This document shows positions 1 to 15,000 of a DNA stretch of 64,000 nt, piece after piece. The DNA comes from Eledone cirrhosa (Eukaryota), in the NCBI GenBank assembly GCA_964016885.1, contig OZ024743.1:35650001-35714000 (forward strand), given 5' to 3'. The notes beneath the pieces are model-generated. The model made no database searches. It saw only the letters and a program-made list of their open reading frames with translations, and had not been told where the DNA came from. The first letter of the stretch is position 1. Every line of letters begins with the position of its first letter. A program made the position numbers and the translations under genes.

Positions 1-637
1 CTGTAAGATATAGAAACACTACACTGTATCATTACTATACTGTGAAGACCTGTAAGATATAGAAACACTACACTGTGTCATTACTATACTCTGAAGACCT
101 GTAAGATATAGAAACACTACACTTTGTCATTACTATACTGTGAAGACGTGTAAGATATAGTAACACTACACTGTGTCATTACTATACTGTGAAGACCTGT
201 AAGATATAGAAACACTACACTGTATCATTACTATACTGTGAAGACCTGTAAGATATAGAAACACTACACTGTATCATTACTATACTGTGAAGACCTTTGA
301 GATATAGAAACACTACACTGTATCATTACTATACTGTGAAGACCTGTAAGATATAGAAACACTACACTATGTCATTACTATAATGTGAAGACCTGTAATA
401 TATAGAAACACTACACTGTGTCATTACTATAATGTGAAGACCTGTAATATATAGAAACACTACACTGTGTCATTACTATAATGTGAAGACCTGTAATATA
501 TAGAAACACTACACTGTGTCATTACTATACTGTGAAGACCTGTAAGATATAGAAACACTACACTGTGTCATTACTATACTGTGAAGACCTGTAAGACATA
601 GAAACACTACACTGTATCATTACTATACTGTGAAGAC

Positions 638-687
638 CTGTAAGACATACAAAAAAATTCACTGTATCATTACTATACTGTGAAGAC
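638..687. repeat. 50-bp A-tract variant monomer (GACATACAAAAAAATTCACTGT), first of 9 copies
   Basis: Copies start at 638, 1766, 5050, 6178, 7943, 9071, 12306, 13434 and 16326. I saw none further right. Confidence 0.95.
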
Positions 688-2648
688 CTGTAAGATATAG
701 AAACACTACACTGTGTCATTACTATACTGTGAAGACCTGTAAGATATAGAAACACTACACTGTGTCATTACTATACTGTGAAGACCTGTAAGATATAGAA
801 ACACTACTCTGTGTCATTACTATACTGTGAAGACCTGTAAGATATAGAAACACTACTCTGTGTCATTACTATACTGTGAAGACCTGTAAGATATAGAAAC
901 ACTACACTGTGTCATTACTATAATGTGAAGACCTGTAAGATATAGAAACACTACACTGTGTCATTACTATACTGTGAAGACCTGTAAGATATAGAAACAC
1001 TACACTGTGTCATTACTATAATGTTAAGACCTGTAAGATATAGAAACACTACACTTTGTCATTACTATACTGTGAAGACCTGTAATATATAGAAACACTA
1101 CACTGTGTCATTACTATACTCTGAAGACCTGTAAGATATAGAAACACTACACTGTGTCATTACTATACGCTGAAGACCTATAATATATAGAAACACTACA
1201 CTGTATCATTACGATACTGTGAAGACCTGTAATATATAGAAACACTACACTGTATCATTACTATACTCTGAAGACCTGTAATATATAGAAACACTACACT
1301 TTGTCATTACTATACTGTGAAGACCTGTAAGATATAGAAACACTACACTGTGTCATTACTATACTCTGAAGACCTGTAATATATAGAAACACTACACTTT
1401 GTCATTACTATACTGTGAAGACCTGTAAGATATAGAAACACTACACTGTGTCATTACTATACTCTGAAGACCTGTAAGGTATAGAAACACTACACTGTAT
1501 CATTACTATACTGTGAAGACCTGTAAGATATAGAAACACTACACTGTGTCATTACTATACTGTGAAGACCTGTAAGATATAGAAACACTACACTGTGTCA
1601 TTACTATACTGTGAAGACCTGTAGGATATAGAAACACTACACTGTGTCATTACTATACTGTGAAGAACTATGATATATAGAAACACTACACTGTGTCATT
1701 ACTATACTGTAGAGACCTGTAAGATATAGAAACACTACACAGTGTCATTACTATACTCTGAAGACCTGTAAGACATACAAAAAAATTCACTGTATCATTA
1801 CTATACTGTGAAGACCTGTAAAATATAGAAACACTACACTGTGTCATTACTATACTGTGAAGACCTGTAAGATATAGAAACACTACACTGTATCATTACT
1901 ATACTGTGAAGACCTGTAAGATATAGAAACACTACACTGTGTCATTACTATACTGTGAAGACCTGTAGTATATAGAAACACTACACTGCGTCATTACTAT
2001 ACTGTGAAGACCTGTAAGATATAGAAACACTACACTGTGTCATTACTATACTCTGAAGACCTGTAAGATATAGAAACACTACACTGTATCATTACTATAC
2101 TGTGAAGACCTGTAAGATATAGAAACACTACACAGTGTCATTACTATACTCTGAAGACCTGTAAGATATAGAAACACTACACAGTGTCATTACTATACTC
2201 TGAAGACCTGTAAGATATAGAAACATTACACTGGGTTATTACTATACTCTGAAGACCTGTAAGATATAGAAACACTACACTGTGTCATTACTATACTGTG
2301 AAGACCTGTAAGATATAGAAACACTACACTGTATCATTACTATACTGTGAAGACCTGTAAGATATAGAAACACTACACAGTGTCATTACTATACTCTGAA
2401 GACCTGTAAGATATAGAAACACTACACTGTGTCATTACTATACTGTGAAGACCTGTAAGATATAGAAACACTACACTGTGTCATTACTATACTGTGAAGA
2501 CCTGTAGGATATAGAAACACTACACTGTGTCATTACTATACTGTGAAGAACTATGATATATAGAAACACTACACTGTGTCATTACTATACTGTAGAGACC
2601 TGTAAGATATAGAAACACTACACTGTGTCATTACTATACTGTGAAGAC

Positions 2649-3089
2649 CTGTAATATATAGAAACACCACACTGTGTCATTACTATACTCTGAAGACCTG
2701 TAAGATATAGAAACATTACACTGTGTCATTACTATACTCTGAAGACCTGTAAGATATAAAAACACTACACTGTGTCATTACTATACTCTGAAGACCTGTA
2801 ATATATAGAAACACCACACTGTGTCATTACTATACTCTGAAGACCTGTAAGATATAGAAACATTACACTGTGTCAGTACTATACTCTGAAGACCTGTAAG
2901 ATATAAAAACACTACACTGTGTCATTACTATACTCTGAAGACCTGTAATATATAGAAACACCACACTGTGTCATTACTATACTCTGAAGACCTGTAAGAT
3001 ATAGAAACATTACACTGTGTCATTACTATACTCTGAAGACTTGTAAGATATAAAAACACTACACTGTGTCATTACTATACTGTAAAGAC
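2649..3089. repeat. Local 3-monomer (147-bp) higher-order repeat, three copies
   Basis: The ordered variants AAACACCAC / AAACATTAC / ATAAAAACAC repeat three times. The same 9-monomer block recurs near 9905, 13925, 16965 and 21570. Confidence 0.9.
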
Positions 3090-6000
3090 CTGTAAGATAT
3101 AGAAACACTACACTGTATCATTACTATACTGTGAAGACCTTTGAGATATAGAAACACTACACTGTATCATTACTATACTGTGAAGACCTGTAAGATATAG
3201 AAACACTACACTGTGTCATTACTATAATGTGAAGACCTGTAATATATAGAAACACAACACTGTGTCATTACTATACTCTGAAGACCTGTAAGATATAGAA
3301 ACATTACACTGTGTCATTACTATACTCTGAAGACCTGTAAGATATAAAAACACTACACTGTGTCATTACTATACTCTGAAGACCTGTAAGATATAGAAAC
3401 ACTACACTGTGTCATTACTATACTGTAAAGACCTGTAAGATATAGAAACACTACACTGTATCATTACTATACTGTGAGGACCTGTAAGTTATAGAAACAC
3501 TACACTGTGTCATTACTATACTCTGAAGACCTGTAAGATATAGAAACACTAAACTGTGTCATTACTATACTGTGAAGACCTGTAAGATATAGAAACACTA
3601 CACTGTATCATTACTATACTGTGAAGACGTGTAAGATATAGAAACACTACACTGTATCATTACTATACTGTGAAGACCTGTAAGATATAGAAACACTACA
3701 CTGTGTCATTACTATACTCTGAAGACCTGTAAGATATAGAAACACTACACCGTGTCATTACTATACTGTGAAGACCTGTAAGATATAGAAACACTACACT
3801 GTGTCATTACTATAATGTGAAGACCTGTAATATATAGAAACACTACACTGTGTCATTACTATACTCTGAAGACCTGTAAGATATAGAAACACTCCACTGT
3901 ATCATTACTATACTGTGAAGACCTGTAAGATATAGAAACACTACACTGTGTCATTACTATACTGTGAAGACCTGTAAGATATAGAAACACTACACTGTAT
4001 CATTACTATACTGTGAAGACCTGTAAGATATAGAAACACTACACTGTGTCATTACTATACTCTGAAGACCTGTAAGATATAGAAACACTACACTGTGTCA
4101 TTACTATACTGTGAAGACGTGTAAGATATAGAAACACTACACTGTATCATTACTATACTGTGAAGACCTGTAAGATATAGAAACACTACACTGTGTCATT
4201 ACTATACTGTGAAGACCTGTAAGATATAGAAACACTACACTGTGTCATTACTATAATGTGAAGACCTGTAATATATAGAAACACTACACTGTGTCATTAC
4301 TATACTGTGAAGACCTGTAAGATATAGAAACACTACACTGTATCATTACTATACTGTGAAGACCTGTAAGATATAGAAACACTACACTGTGTCATTACTA
4401 TACTCTGAAGACCTGTAAGATATAGAAACACTACACTTTGTCATTACTATACTGTGAAGACGTGTAAGATATAGAAACACTACACTGTGTCATTACTATA
4501 CTGTGAAGACCTGTAAGATATAGAAACACTACACTGTATCATTACTATACTGTGAAGACCTGTAAGATATAGAAACACTACACTGTATCATTACTATACT
4601 GTGAAGACCTTTGAGATATAGAAACACTACACTGTATCATTACTATACTGTGAAGACCTGTAAGATATAGAAACACTACACTGTGTCATTACTATAATGT
4701 GAAGACCTGTAATATATAGAAACACTACACTGTGTCATTACTATAATGTGAAGACCTGTAATATATAGAAACACTACACTGTGTCATTACTATAATGTGA
4801 AGACCTGTAATATATAGAAACACTACACTGTGTCATTACTATACTGTGAAGACCTGTAAGATATAGAAACACTACACTGTGTCATTACTATACTGTGAAG
4901 ACCTGTAAGACATAGAAACACTACACTGTATCATTACTATACTGTGAAGACCTGTAAGATATAGAAACACTACACTGTGTCATTACTATACTGTGAAGAC
5001 CTGTAAGATATAGAAACACTACACTGTGTCATTACTATACTGTGAAGACCTGTAAGACATACAAAAAAATTCACTGTATCATTACTATACTGTGAAGACC
5101 TGTAAGATATAGAAACACTACACTGTGTCATTACTATACTGTGAAGACCTGTAAGATATAGAAACACTACACTGTGTCATTACTATACTGTGAAGACCTG
5201 TAAGATATAGAAACACTACTCTGTGTCATTACTATACTGTGAAGACCTGTAAGATATAGAAACACTACTCTGTGTCATTACTATACTGTGAAGACCTGTA
5301 AGATATAGAAACACTACACTGTGTCATTACTATAATGTGAAGACCTGTAAGATATAGAAACACTACACTGTGTCATTACTATACTGTGAAGACCTGTAAG
5401 ATATAGAAACACTACACTGTGTCATTACTATAATGTGAAGACCTGTAAGATATAGAAACACTACACTGTGTCATTACTATACTGTGAAGACCTGTAATAT
5501 ATAGAAACACTACACTGTGTCATTACTATACTCTGAAGACCTGTAAGATATAGAAACACTACACTGTGTCATTACTATACGCTGAAGACCTATAATATAT
5601 AGAAACACTACACTGTATCATTACGATACTGTGAAGACCTGTAATATATAGAAACACTACACTGTATCATTACTATACTCTGAAGACCTGTAATATATAG
5701 AAACACTACACTTTGTCATTACTATACTGCGAAGACCTGTAAGATATAGAAACACTACACTGTGTCATTACTATACTCTGAAGACCTGTAATATATAGAA
5801 ACACTACACTTTGTCATTACTATACTGTGAAGACCTGTAAGATATAGAAACACTACACTGTGTCATTACTATACTCTGAAGACCTGTAAGGTATAGAAAC
5901 ACTACACTGTATCATTACTATACTGTGAAGACCTGTAAGATATAGAAACACTACACTGTGTCATTACTATACTGTGAAGACCTGTAAGATATAGAAACAC

Positions 6001-9000
6001 TACACTGTGTCATTACTATACTGTGAAGACCTGTAGGATATAGAAACACTACACTGTGTCATTACTATACTGTGAAGAACTATGATATATAGAAACACTA
6101 CACTGTGTCATTACTATACTGTAGAGACCTGTAAGATATAGAAACACTACACAGTGTCATTACTATACTCTGAAGACCTGTAAGACATACAAAAAAATTC
6201 ACTGTATCATTACTATACTGTGAAGACCTGTAAAATATTGAAACACTACACTGTGTCATTACTATACTGTGAAGACCTGTAAGATATAGAAACACTACAC
6301 TGTATCATTACTATACTGCGAAGACCTGTAAGATATAGAAACACTACACTGTGTCATTACTATACTGTGAAGACCTGTAGTATATAGAAACACTACACTG
6401 CGTCATTACTATACTGTGAAGACCTGTAAGATATAGAAACACTACACTGTGTCATTACTATACTCTGAAGACCTGTAAGATATAGAAACACTACACTGTA
6501 TCATTACTATACTGTGAAGACCTGTAAGATATAGAAACACTACACAGTGTCATTACTATACTCTGAAGACCTGTAAGATATAGAAACACTACACAGTGTC
6601 ATTACTATACTCTGAAGACCTGTAAGATATAGAAACACTACACTGTGTCATTACTATAATGTGAAGACCTGTAATATATAGAAACACTACACTGTGTCAT
6701 TACTATACTCTGAAGACCTGTAAGATATAGAAACACTCCACTGTATCATTACTATACTGTGAAGACCTGTAAGATATAGAAACACTACACTGTGTCATTA
6801 CTATACTGTGAAGACCTGTAAGATATAGAAACACTACACTGTATCATTACTATACTGTGAAGACCTGTAAGATATAGAAACACTACACTGTGTCATTACT
6901 ATACTCTGAAGACCTGTAAGATATAGAAACACTACACTGTGTCATTACTATACTGTGAAGACGTGTAAGATATAGAAACACTACACTGTATCATTACTAT
7001 ACTGTGAAGACCTGTAAGATATAGAAACACTACACTGTGTCATTACTATAATGTGAAGACCTGTAATATATAGAAACACTACATTGTGTCATTACGATAC
7101 TCTGAAGACCTGTAAGATATAGAAACACTACACTGTGTCATTACTATACTGTGAAGACCTGTAAGATATAGAAACACTACACTGTGTCATTACTATACTG
7201 TGAATACCTGTAAGATATAGAAACACTACACTGTGTCATTACTATAATGTGAAGACCTGTAATATATAGAAACACTACACTGTGTCATTACTATACTGTG
7301 AAGACCTGTAAGATATAGAAACACTACACTGTATCATTACTATACTGTGAAGACCTGTAAGATATAGAAACACTACACTGTGTCATTACTATACTCTGAA
7401 GACCTGTAAGATATAGAAACACTACACTTTGTCATTACTATACTGTGAAGACGTGTAAGATATAGTAACACTACACTGTGTCATTACTATACTGTGAAGA
7501 CCTGTAAGATATAGAAACACTACACTGTATCATTACTATACTGTGAAGACCTGTAAGATATAGAAACACTACACTGTATCATTACTATACTGTGAAGACC
7601 TTTGAGATATAGAAACACTACACTGTATCATTACTATACTGTGAAGACCTGTAAGATATAGAAACACTACACTATGTCATTACTATAATGTGAAGACCTG
7701 TAATATATAGAAACACTACACTGTGTCATTACTATAATGTGAAGACCTGTAATATATAGAAACACTACACTGTGTCATTACTATAATGTGAAGACCTGTA
7801 ATATATAGAAACACTACACTGTGTCATTACTATACTGTGAAGACCTGTAAGATATAGAAACACTACACTGTGTCATTACTATACTGTGAAGACCTGTAAG
7901 ACATAGAAACACTACACTGTATCATTACTATACTGTGAAGACCTGTAAGACATACAAAAAAATTCACTGTATCATTACTATACTGTGAAGACCTGTAAGA
8001 TATAGAAACACTACACTGTGTCATTACTATACTGTGAAGACCTGTAAGATATAGAAACACTACACTGTGTCATTACTATACTGTGAAGACCTGTAAGATA
8101 TAGAAACACTACTCTGTGTCATTACTATACTGTGAAGACCTGTAAGATATAGAAACACTACTCTGTGTCATTACTATACTGTGAAGACCTGTAAGATATA
8201 GAAACACTACACTGTGTCATTACTATAATGTGAAGACCTGTAAGATATAGAAACACTACACTGTGTCATTACTATACTGTGAAGACCTGTAAGATATAGA
8301 AACACTACACTGTGTCATTACTATAATGTTAAGACCTGTAAGATATAGAAACACTACACTTTGTCATTACTATACTGTGAAGACCTGTAATATATAGAAA
8401 CACTACACTGTGTCATTACTATACTCTGAAGACCTGTAAGATATAGAAACACTACACTGTGTCATTACTATACGCTGAAGACCTATAATATATAGAAACA
8501 CTACACTGTATCATTACGATACTGTGAAGACCTGTAATATATAGAAACACTACACTGTATCATTACTATACTCTGAAGACCTGTAATATATAGAAACACT
8601 ACACTTTGTCATTACTATACTGTGAAGACCTGTAAGATATAGAAACACTACACTGTGTCATTACTATACTCTGAAGACCTGTAATATATAGAAACACTAC
8701 ACTTTGTCATTACTATACTGTGAAGACCTGTAAGATATAGAAACACTACACTGTGTCATTACTATACTCTGAAGACCTGTAAGGTATAGAAACACTACAC
8801 TGTATCATTACTATACTGTGAAGACCTGTAAGATATAGAAACACTACACTGTGTCATTACTATACTGTGAAGACCTGTAAGATATAGAAACACTACACTG
8901 TGTCATTACTATACTGTGAAGACCTGTAGGATATAGAAACACTACACTGTGTCATTACTATACTGTGAAGAACTATGATATATAGAAACACTACACTGTG

Positions 9001-12000
9001 TCATTACTATACTGTAGAGACCTGTAAGATATAGAAACACTACACAGTGTCATTACTATACTCTGAAGACCTGTAAGACATACAAAAAAATTCACTGTAT
9101 CATTACTATACTGTGAAGACCTGTAAAATATAGAAACACTACACTGTGTCATTACTATACTGTGAAGACCTGTAAGATATAGAAACACTACACTGTATCA
9201 TTACTATACTGTGAAGACCTGTAAGATATAGAAACACTACACTGTGTCATTACTATACTGTGAAGACCTGTAGTATATAGAAACACTACACTGCGTCATT
9301 ACTATACTGTGAAGACCTGTAAGATATAGAAACACTACACTGTGTCATTACTATACTCTGAAGACCTGTAAGATATAGAAACACTACACTGTATCATTAC
9401 TATACTGTGAAGACCTGTAAGATATAGAAACACTACACAGTGTCATTACTATACTCTGAAGACCTGTAAGATATAGAAACACTACACAGTGTCATTACTA
9501 TACTCTGAAGACCTGTAAGATATAGAAACATTACACTGGGTTATTACTATACTCTGAAGACCTGTAAGATATAGAAACACTACACTGTGTCATTACTATA
9601 CTGTGAAGACCTGTAAGATATAGAAACACTACACTGTATCATTACTATACTGTGAAGACCTGTAAGATATAGAAACACTACACAGTGTCATTACTATACT
9701 CTGAAGACCTGTAAGATATAGAAACACTACACTGTGTCATTACTATACTGTGAAGACCTGTAGGATATAGAAACACTACACTGTGTCATTACTATACTGT
9801 GAAGAACTATGATATATAGAAACACTACACTGTGTCATTACTATACTGTAGAGACCTGTAAGATATAGAAACACTACACTGTGTCATTACTATACTGTGA
9901 AGACCTGTAATATATAGAAACACCACACTGTGTCATTACTATACTCTGAAGACCTGTAAGATATAGAAACATTACACTGTGTCATTACTATACTCTGAAG
10001 ACCTGTAAGATATAAAAACACTACACTGTGTCATTACTATACTCTGAAGACCTGTAATATATAGAAACACCACACTGTGTCATTACTATACTCTGAAGAC
10101 CTGTAAGATATAGAAACATTACACTGTGTCAGTACTATACTCTGAAGACCTGTAAGATATAAAAACACTACACTGTGTCATTACTATACTCTGAAGACCT
10201 GTAATATATAGAAACACCACACTGTGTCATTACTATACTCTGAAGACCTGTAAGATATAGAAACATTACACTGTGTCATTACTATACTCTGAAGACTTGT
10301 AAGATATAAAAACACTACACTGTGTCATTACTATACTGTAAAGACCTGTAAGATATAGAAACACTACACTGTATCATTACTATACTGTGAAGACCTTTGA
10401 GATATAGAAACACTACACTGTATCATTACTATACTGTGAAGACCTGTAAGATATAGAAACACTACACTGTGTCATTACTATAATGTGAAGACCTGTAATA
10501 TATAGAAACACAACACTGTGTCATTACTATACTCTGAAGACCTGTAAGATATAGAAACATTACACTGTGTCATTACTATACTCTGAAGACCTGTAAGATA
10601 TAAAAACACTACACTGTGTCATTACTATACTCTGAAGACCTGTAAGATATAGAAACACTACACTGTGTCATTACTATACTGTAAAGACCTGTAAGATATA
10701 GAAACACTACACTGTATCATTACTATACTGTGAGGACCTGTAAGTTATAGAAACACTACACTGTGTCATTACTATACTCTGAAGACCTGTAAGATATAGA
10801 AACACTAAACTGTGTCATTACTATACTGTGAAGACCTGTAAGATATAGAAACACTACACTGTATCATTACTATACTGTGAAGACGTGTAAGATATAGAAA
10901 CACTACACTGTATCATTACTATACTGTGAAGACCTGTAAGATATAGAAACACTACACTGTGTCATTACTATACTCTGAAGACCTGTAAGATATAGAAACA
11001 CTACACCGTGTCATTACTATACTGTGAAGACCTGTAAGATATAGAAACACTACACTGTGTCATTACTATAATGTGAAGACCTGTAATATATAGAAACACT
11101 ACACTGTGTCATTACTATACTCTGAAGACCTGTAAGATATAGAAACACTCCACTGTATCATTACTATACTGTGAAGACCTGTAAGATATAGAAACACTAC
11201 ACTGTGTCATTACTATACTGTGAAGACCTGTAAGATATAGAAACACTACACTGTATCATTACTATACTGTGAAGACCTGTAAGATATAGAAACACTACAC
11301 TGTGTCATTACTATACTCTGAAGACCTGTAAGATATAGAAACACTACACTGTGTCATTACTATACTGTGAAGACGTGTAAGATATAGAAACACTACACTG
11401 TATCATTACTATACTGTGAAGACCTGTAAGATATAGAAACACTACACTGTGTCATTACTATACTGTGAAGACCTGTAAGATATAGAAACACTACACTGTG
11501 TCATTACTATAATGTGAAGACCTGTAATATATAGAAACACTACACTGTGTCATTACTATACTGTGAAGACCTGTAAGATATAGAAACACTACACTGTATC
11601 ATTACTATACTGTGAAGACCTGTAAGATATAGAAACACTACACTGTGTCATTACTATACTCTGAAGACCTGTAAGATATAGAAACACTACACTTTGTCAT
11701 TACTATACTGTGAAGACGTGTAAGATATAGAAACACTACACTGTGTCATTACTATACTGTGAAGACCTGTAAGATATAGAAACACTACACTGTATCATTA
11801 CTATACTGTGAAGACCTGTAAGATATAGAAACACTACACTGTATCATTACTATACTGTGAAGACCTTTGAGATATAGAAACACTACACTGTATCATTACT
11901 ATACTGTGAAGACCTGTAAGATATAGAAACACTACACTGTGTCATTACTATAATGTGAAGACCTGTAATATATAGAAACACTACACTGTGTCATTACTAT

Positions 12001-15000
12001 AATGTGAAGACCTGTAATATATAGAAACACTACACTGTGTCATTACTATAATGTGAAGACCTGTAATATATAGAAACACTACACTGTGTCATTACTATAC
12101 TGTGAAGACCTGTAAGATATAGAAACACTACACTGTGTCATTACTATACTGTGAAGACCTGTAAGACATAGAAACACTACACTGTATCATTACTATACTG
12201 TGAAGACCTGTAAGATATAGAAACACTACACTGTGTCATTACTATACTGTGAAGACCTGTAAGATATAGAAACACTACACTGTGTCATTACTATACTGTG
12301 AAGACCTGTAAGACATACAAAAAAATTCACTGTATCATTACTATACTGTGAAGACCTGTAAGATATAGAAACACTACACTGTGTCATTACTATACTGTGA
12401 AGACCTGTAAGATATAGAAACACTACACTGTGTCATTACTATACTGTGAAGACCTGTAAGATATAGAAACACTACTCTGTGTCATTACTATACTGTGAAG
12501 ACCTGTAAGATATAGAAACACTACTCTGTGTCATTACTATACTGTGAAGACCTGTAAGATATAGAAACACTACACTGTGTCATTACTATAATGTGAAGAC
12601 CTGTAAGATATAGAAACACTACACTGTGTCATTACTATACTGTGAAGACCTGTAAGATATAGAAACACTACACTGTGTCATTACTATAATGTGAAGACCT
12701 GTAAGATATAGAAACACTACACTGTGTCATTACTATACTGTGAAGACCTGTAATATATAGAAACACTACACTGTGTCATTACTATACTCTGAAGACCTGT
12801 AAGATATAGAAACACTACACTGTGTCATTACTATACGCTGAAGACCTATAATATATAGAAACACTACACTGTATCATTACGATACTGTGAAGACCTGTAA
12901 TATATAGAAACACTACACTGTATCATTACTATACTCTGAAGACCTGTAATATATAGAAACACTACACTTTGTCATTACTATACTGCGAAGACCTGTAAGA
13001 TATAGAAACACTACACTGTGTCATTACTATACTCTGAAGACCTGTAATATATAGAAACACTACACTTTGTCATTACTATACTGTGAAGACCTGTAAGATA
13101 TAGAAACACTACACTGTGTCATTACTATACTCTGAAGACCTGTAAGGTATAGAAACACTACACTGTATCATTACTATACTGTGAAGACCTGTAAGATATA
13201 GAAACACTACACTGTGTCATTACTATACTGTGAAGACCTGTAAGATATAGAAACACTACACTGTGTCATTACTATACTGTGAAGACCTGTAGGATATAGA
13301 AACACTACACTGTGTCATTACTATACTGTGAAGAACTATGATATATAGAAACACTACACTGTGTCATTACTATACTGTAGAGACCTGTAAGATATAGAAA
13401 CACTACACAGTGTCATTACTATACTCTGAAGACCTGTAAGACATACAAAAAAATTCACTGTATCATTACTATACTGTGAAGACCTGTAAAATATAGAAAC
13501 ACTACACTGTGTCATTACTATACTGTGAAGACCTGTAAGATATAGAAACACTACACTGTATCATTACTATACTGCGAAGACCTGTAAGATATAGAAACAC
13601 TACACTGTGTCATTACTATACTGTGAAGACCTGTAGTATATAGAAACACTACACTGCGTCATTACTATACTGTGAAGACCTGTAAGATATAGAAACACTA
13701 CACTGTGTCATTACTATACTCTGAAGACCTGTAAGATATAGAAACACTACACTGTATCATTACTATACTGTGAAGACCTGTAAGATATAGAAACACTACA
13801 CAGTGTCATTACTATACTCTGAAGACCTGTAAGATATAGAAACACTACACAGTGTCATTACTATACTCTGAAGACCTGTAAGATATAGAAACATTACACT
13901 GGGTCATTACTATACTGTGAAGACCTGTAATATATAGAAACACCACACTGTGTCATTACTATACTCTGAAGACCTGTAAGATATAGAAACATTACACTGT
14001 GTCATTACTATACTCTGAAGACCTGTAAGATATAAAAACACTACACTGTGTCATTACTATACTCTGAAGACCTGTAATATATAGAAACACCACACTGTGT
14101 CATTACTATACTCTGAAGACCTGTAAGATATAGAAACATTACACTGTGTCATTACTATACTCTGAAGACCTGTAAGATATAAAAACACTACACTGTGTCA
14201 TTACTATACTCTGAAGACCTGTAATATATAGAAACACCACACTGTGTCATTACTATACTCTGAAGACCTGTAAGATATAGAAACATTACACTGTGTCATT
14301 ACTATACTCTGAAGACTTGTAAGATATAAAAACACTACACTGTGTCATTACTATACTGTGAAGACCTATAATATATAGAAACACTACACTGTGTCATTAC
14401 TATACTCTGAAGACCTGTAAGATATAGAAACACTACACTGTGTCATTACTATACTGTAAAGACCTGTAAGATATAGAAACACTACACTGTATCATTACTA
14501 TACTGTGAGGACCTGTAAGATATAGAAACACTACACTGTGTCATTACTATACTCTGAAGACCTGTAAGATATAGAAACACTACACTGTGTCATTACTATA
14601 CTGTGAAGACCTGTAAGATATAGAAACACTACACTGTGTCATTACTATACTGTGAAGACCTGTAAGATATAGAAACACTACACTGTGTCATTACTATAAT
14701 GTGAAGACCTGTAATATATAGAAACACTACACTGTGTCATTACTATACTGTGAAGACCTGTAAGATATAGAAACACTACACTGTATCATTACTATACTGT
14801 GAAGACCTGTAAGATATAGAAACACTACACTGTGTCATTACTATACTCTGAAGACCTGTAAGATATAGAAACACTACACTTTGTCATTACTATACTGTGA
14901 AGACGTGTAAGATATAGAAACTCTACACTGTGTCATTACTATACTGTGAAGACCTGTAAGATATAGAAACACTACACTGTATCATTACTATACTGTGAAG

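Larger units (their letters stand above)
1..13890. repeat. Higher-order duplication, period 7305/7256 bp (149/148 monomers): about 1-6630 repeated at about 7306-13890
   Basis: The rare marker TAG-TAACAC lies at 161 and 7466 (offset 7305 = 149x49+4). ORF-track offsets are 7863-558 = 7305 and 12226-4970 = 7256. One consensus monomer before CTGTAGGAT is present near 2450 and absent near 9740. Confidence 0.93.

Noticed and set aside
17-23. CACTACA resembling a CACTA (En/Spm) transposon terminus
   Set aside because: It is only a 5-7 bp match, with no inverted partner, target-site duplication or transposase in the window.
382-400. TATAAT and TATATA promoter-like boxes in variant monomers
   Set aside because: These are expected in AT-rich repeats, occur many times, and have no downstream gene.
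558-13551. Eight 65-aa minus-strand ORFs (MFLYLTGLHS...)
   Set aside because: Each straddles a 50-bp variant that removes a TAG and shifts the frame, joining two 32-codon open stretches of the repeat. They start at GTG, 49 is not a multiple of 3, and the ninth variant copy (16326) has an in-frame stop. There is no evidence of coding function.
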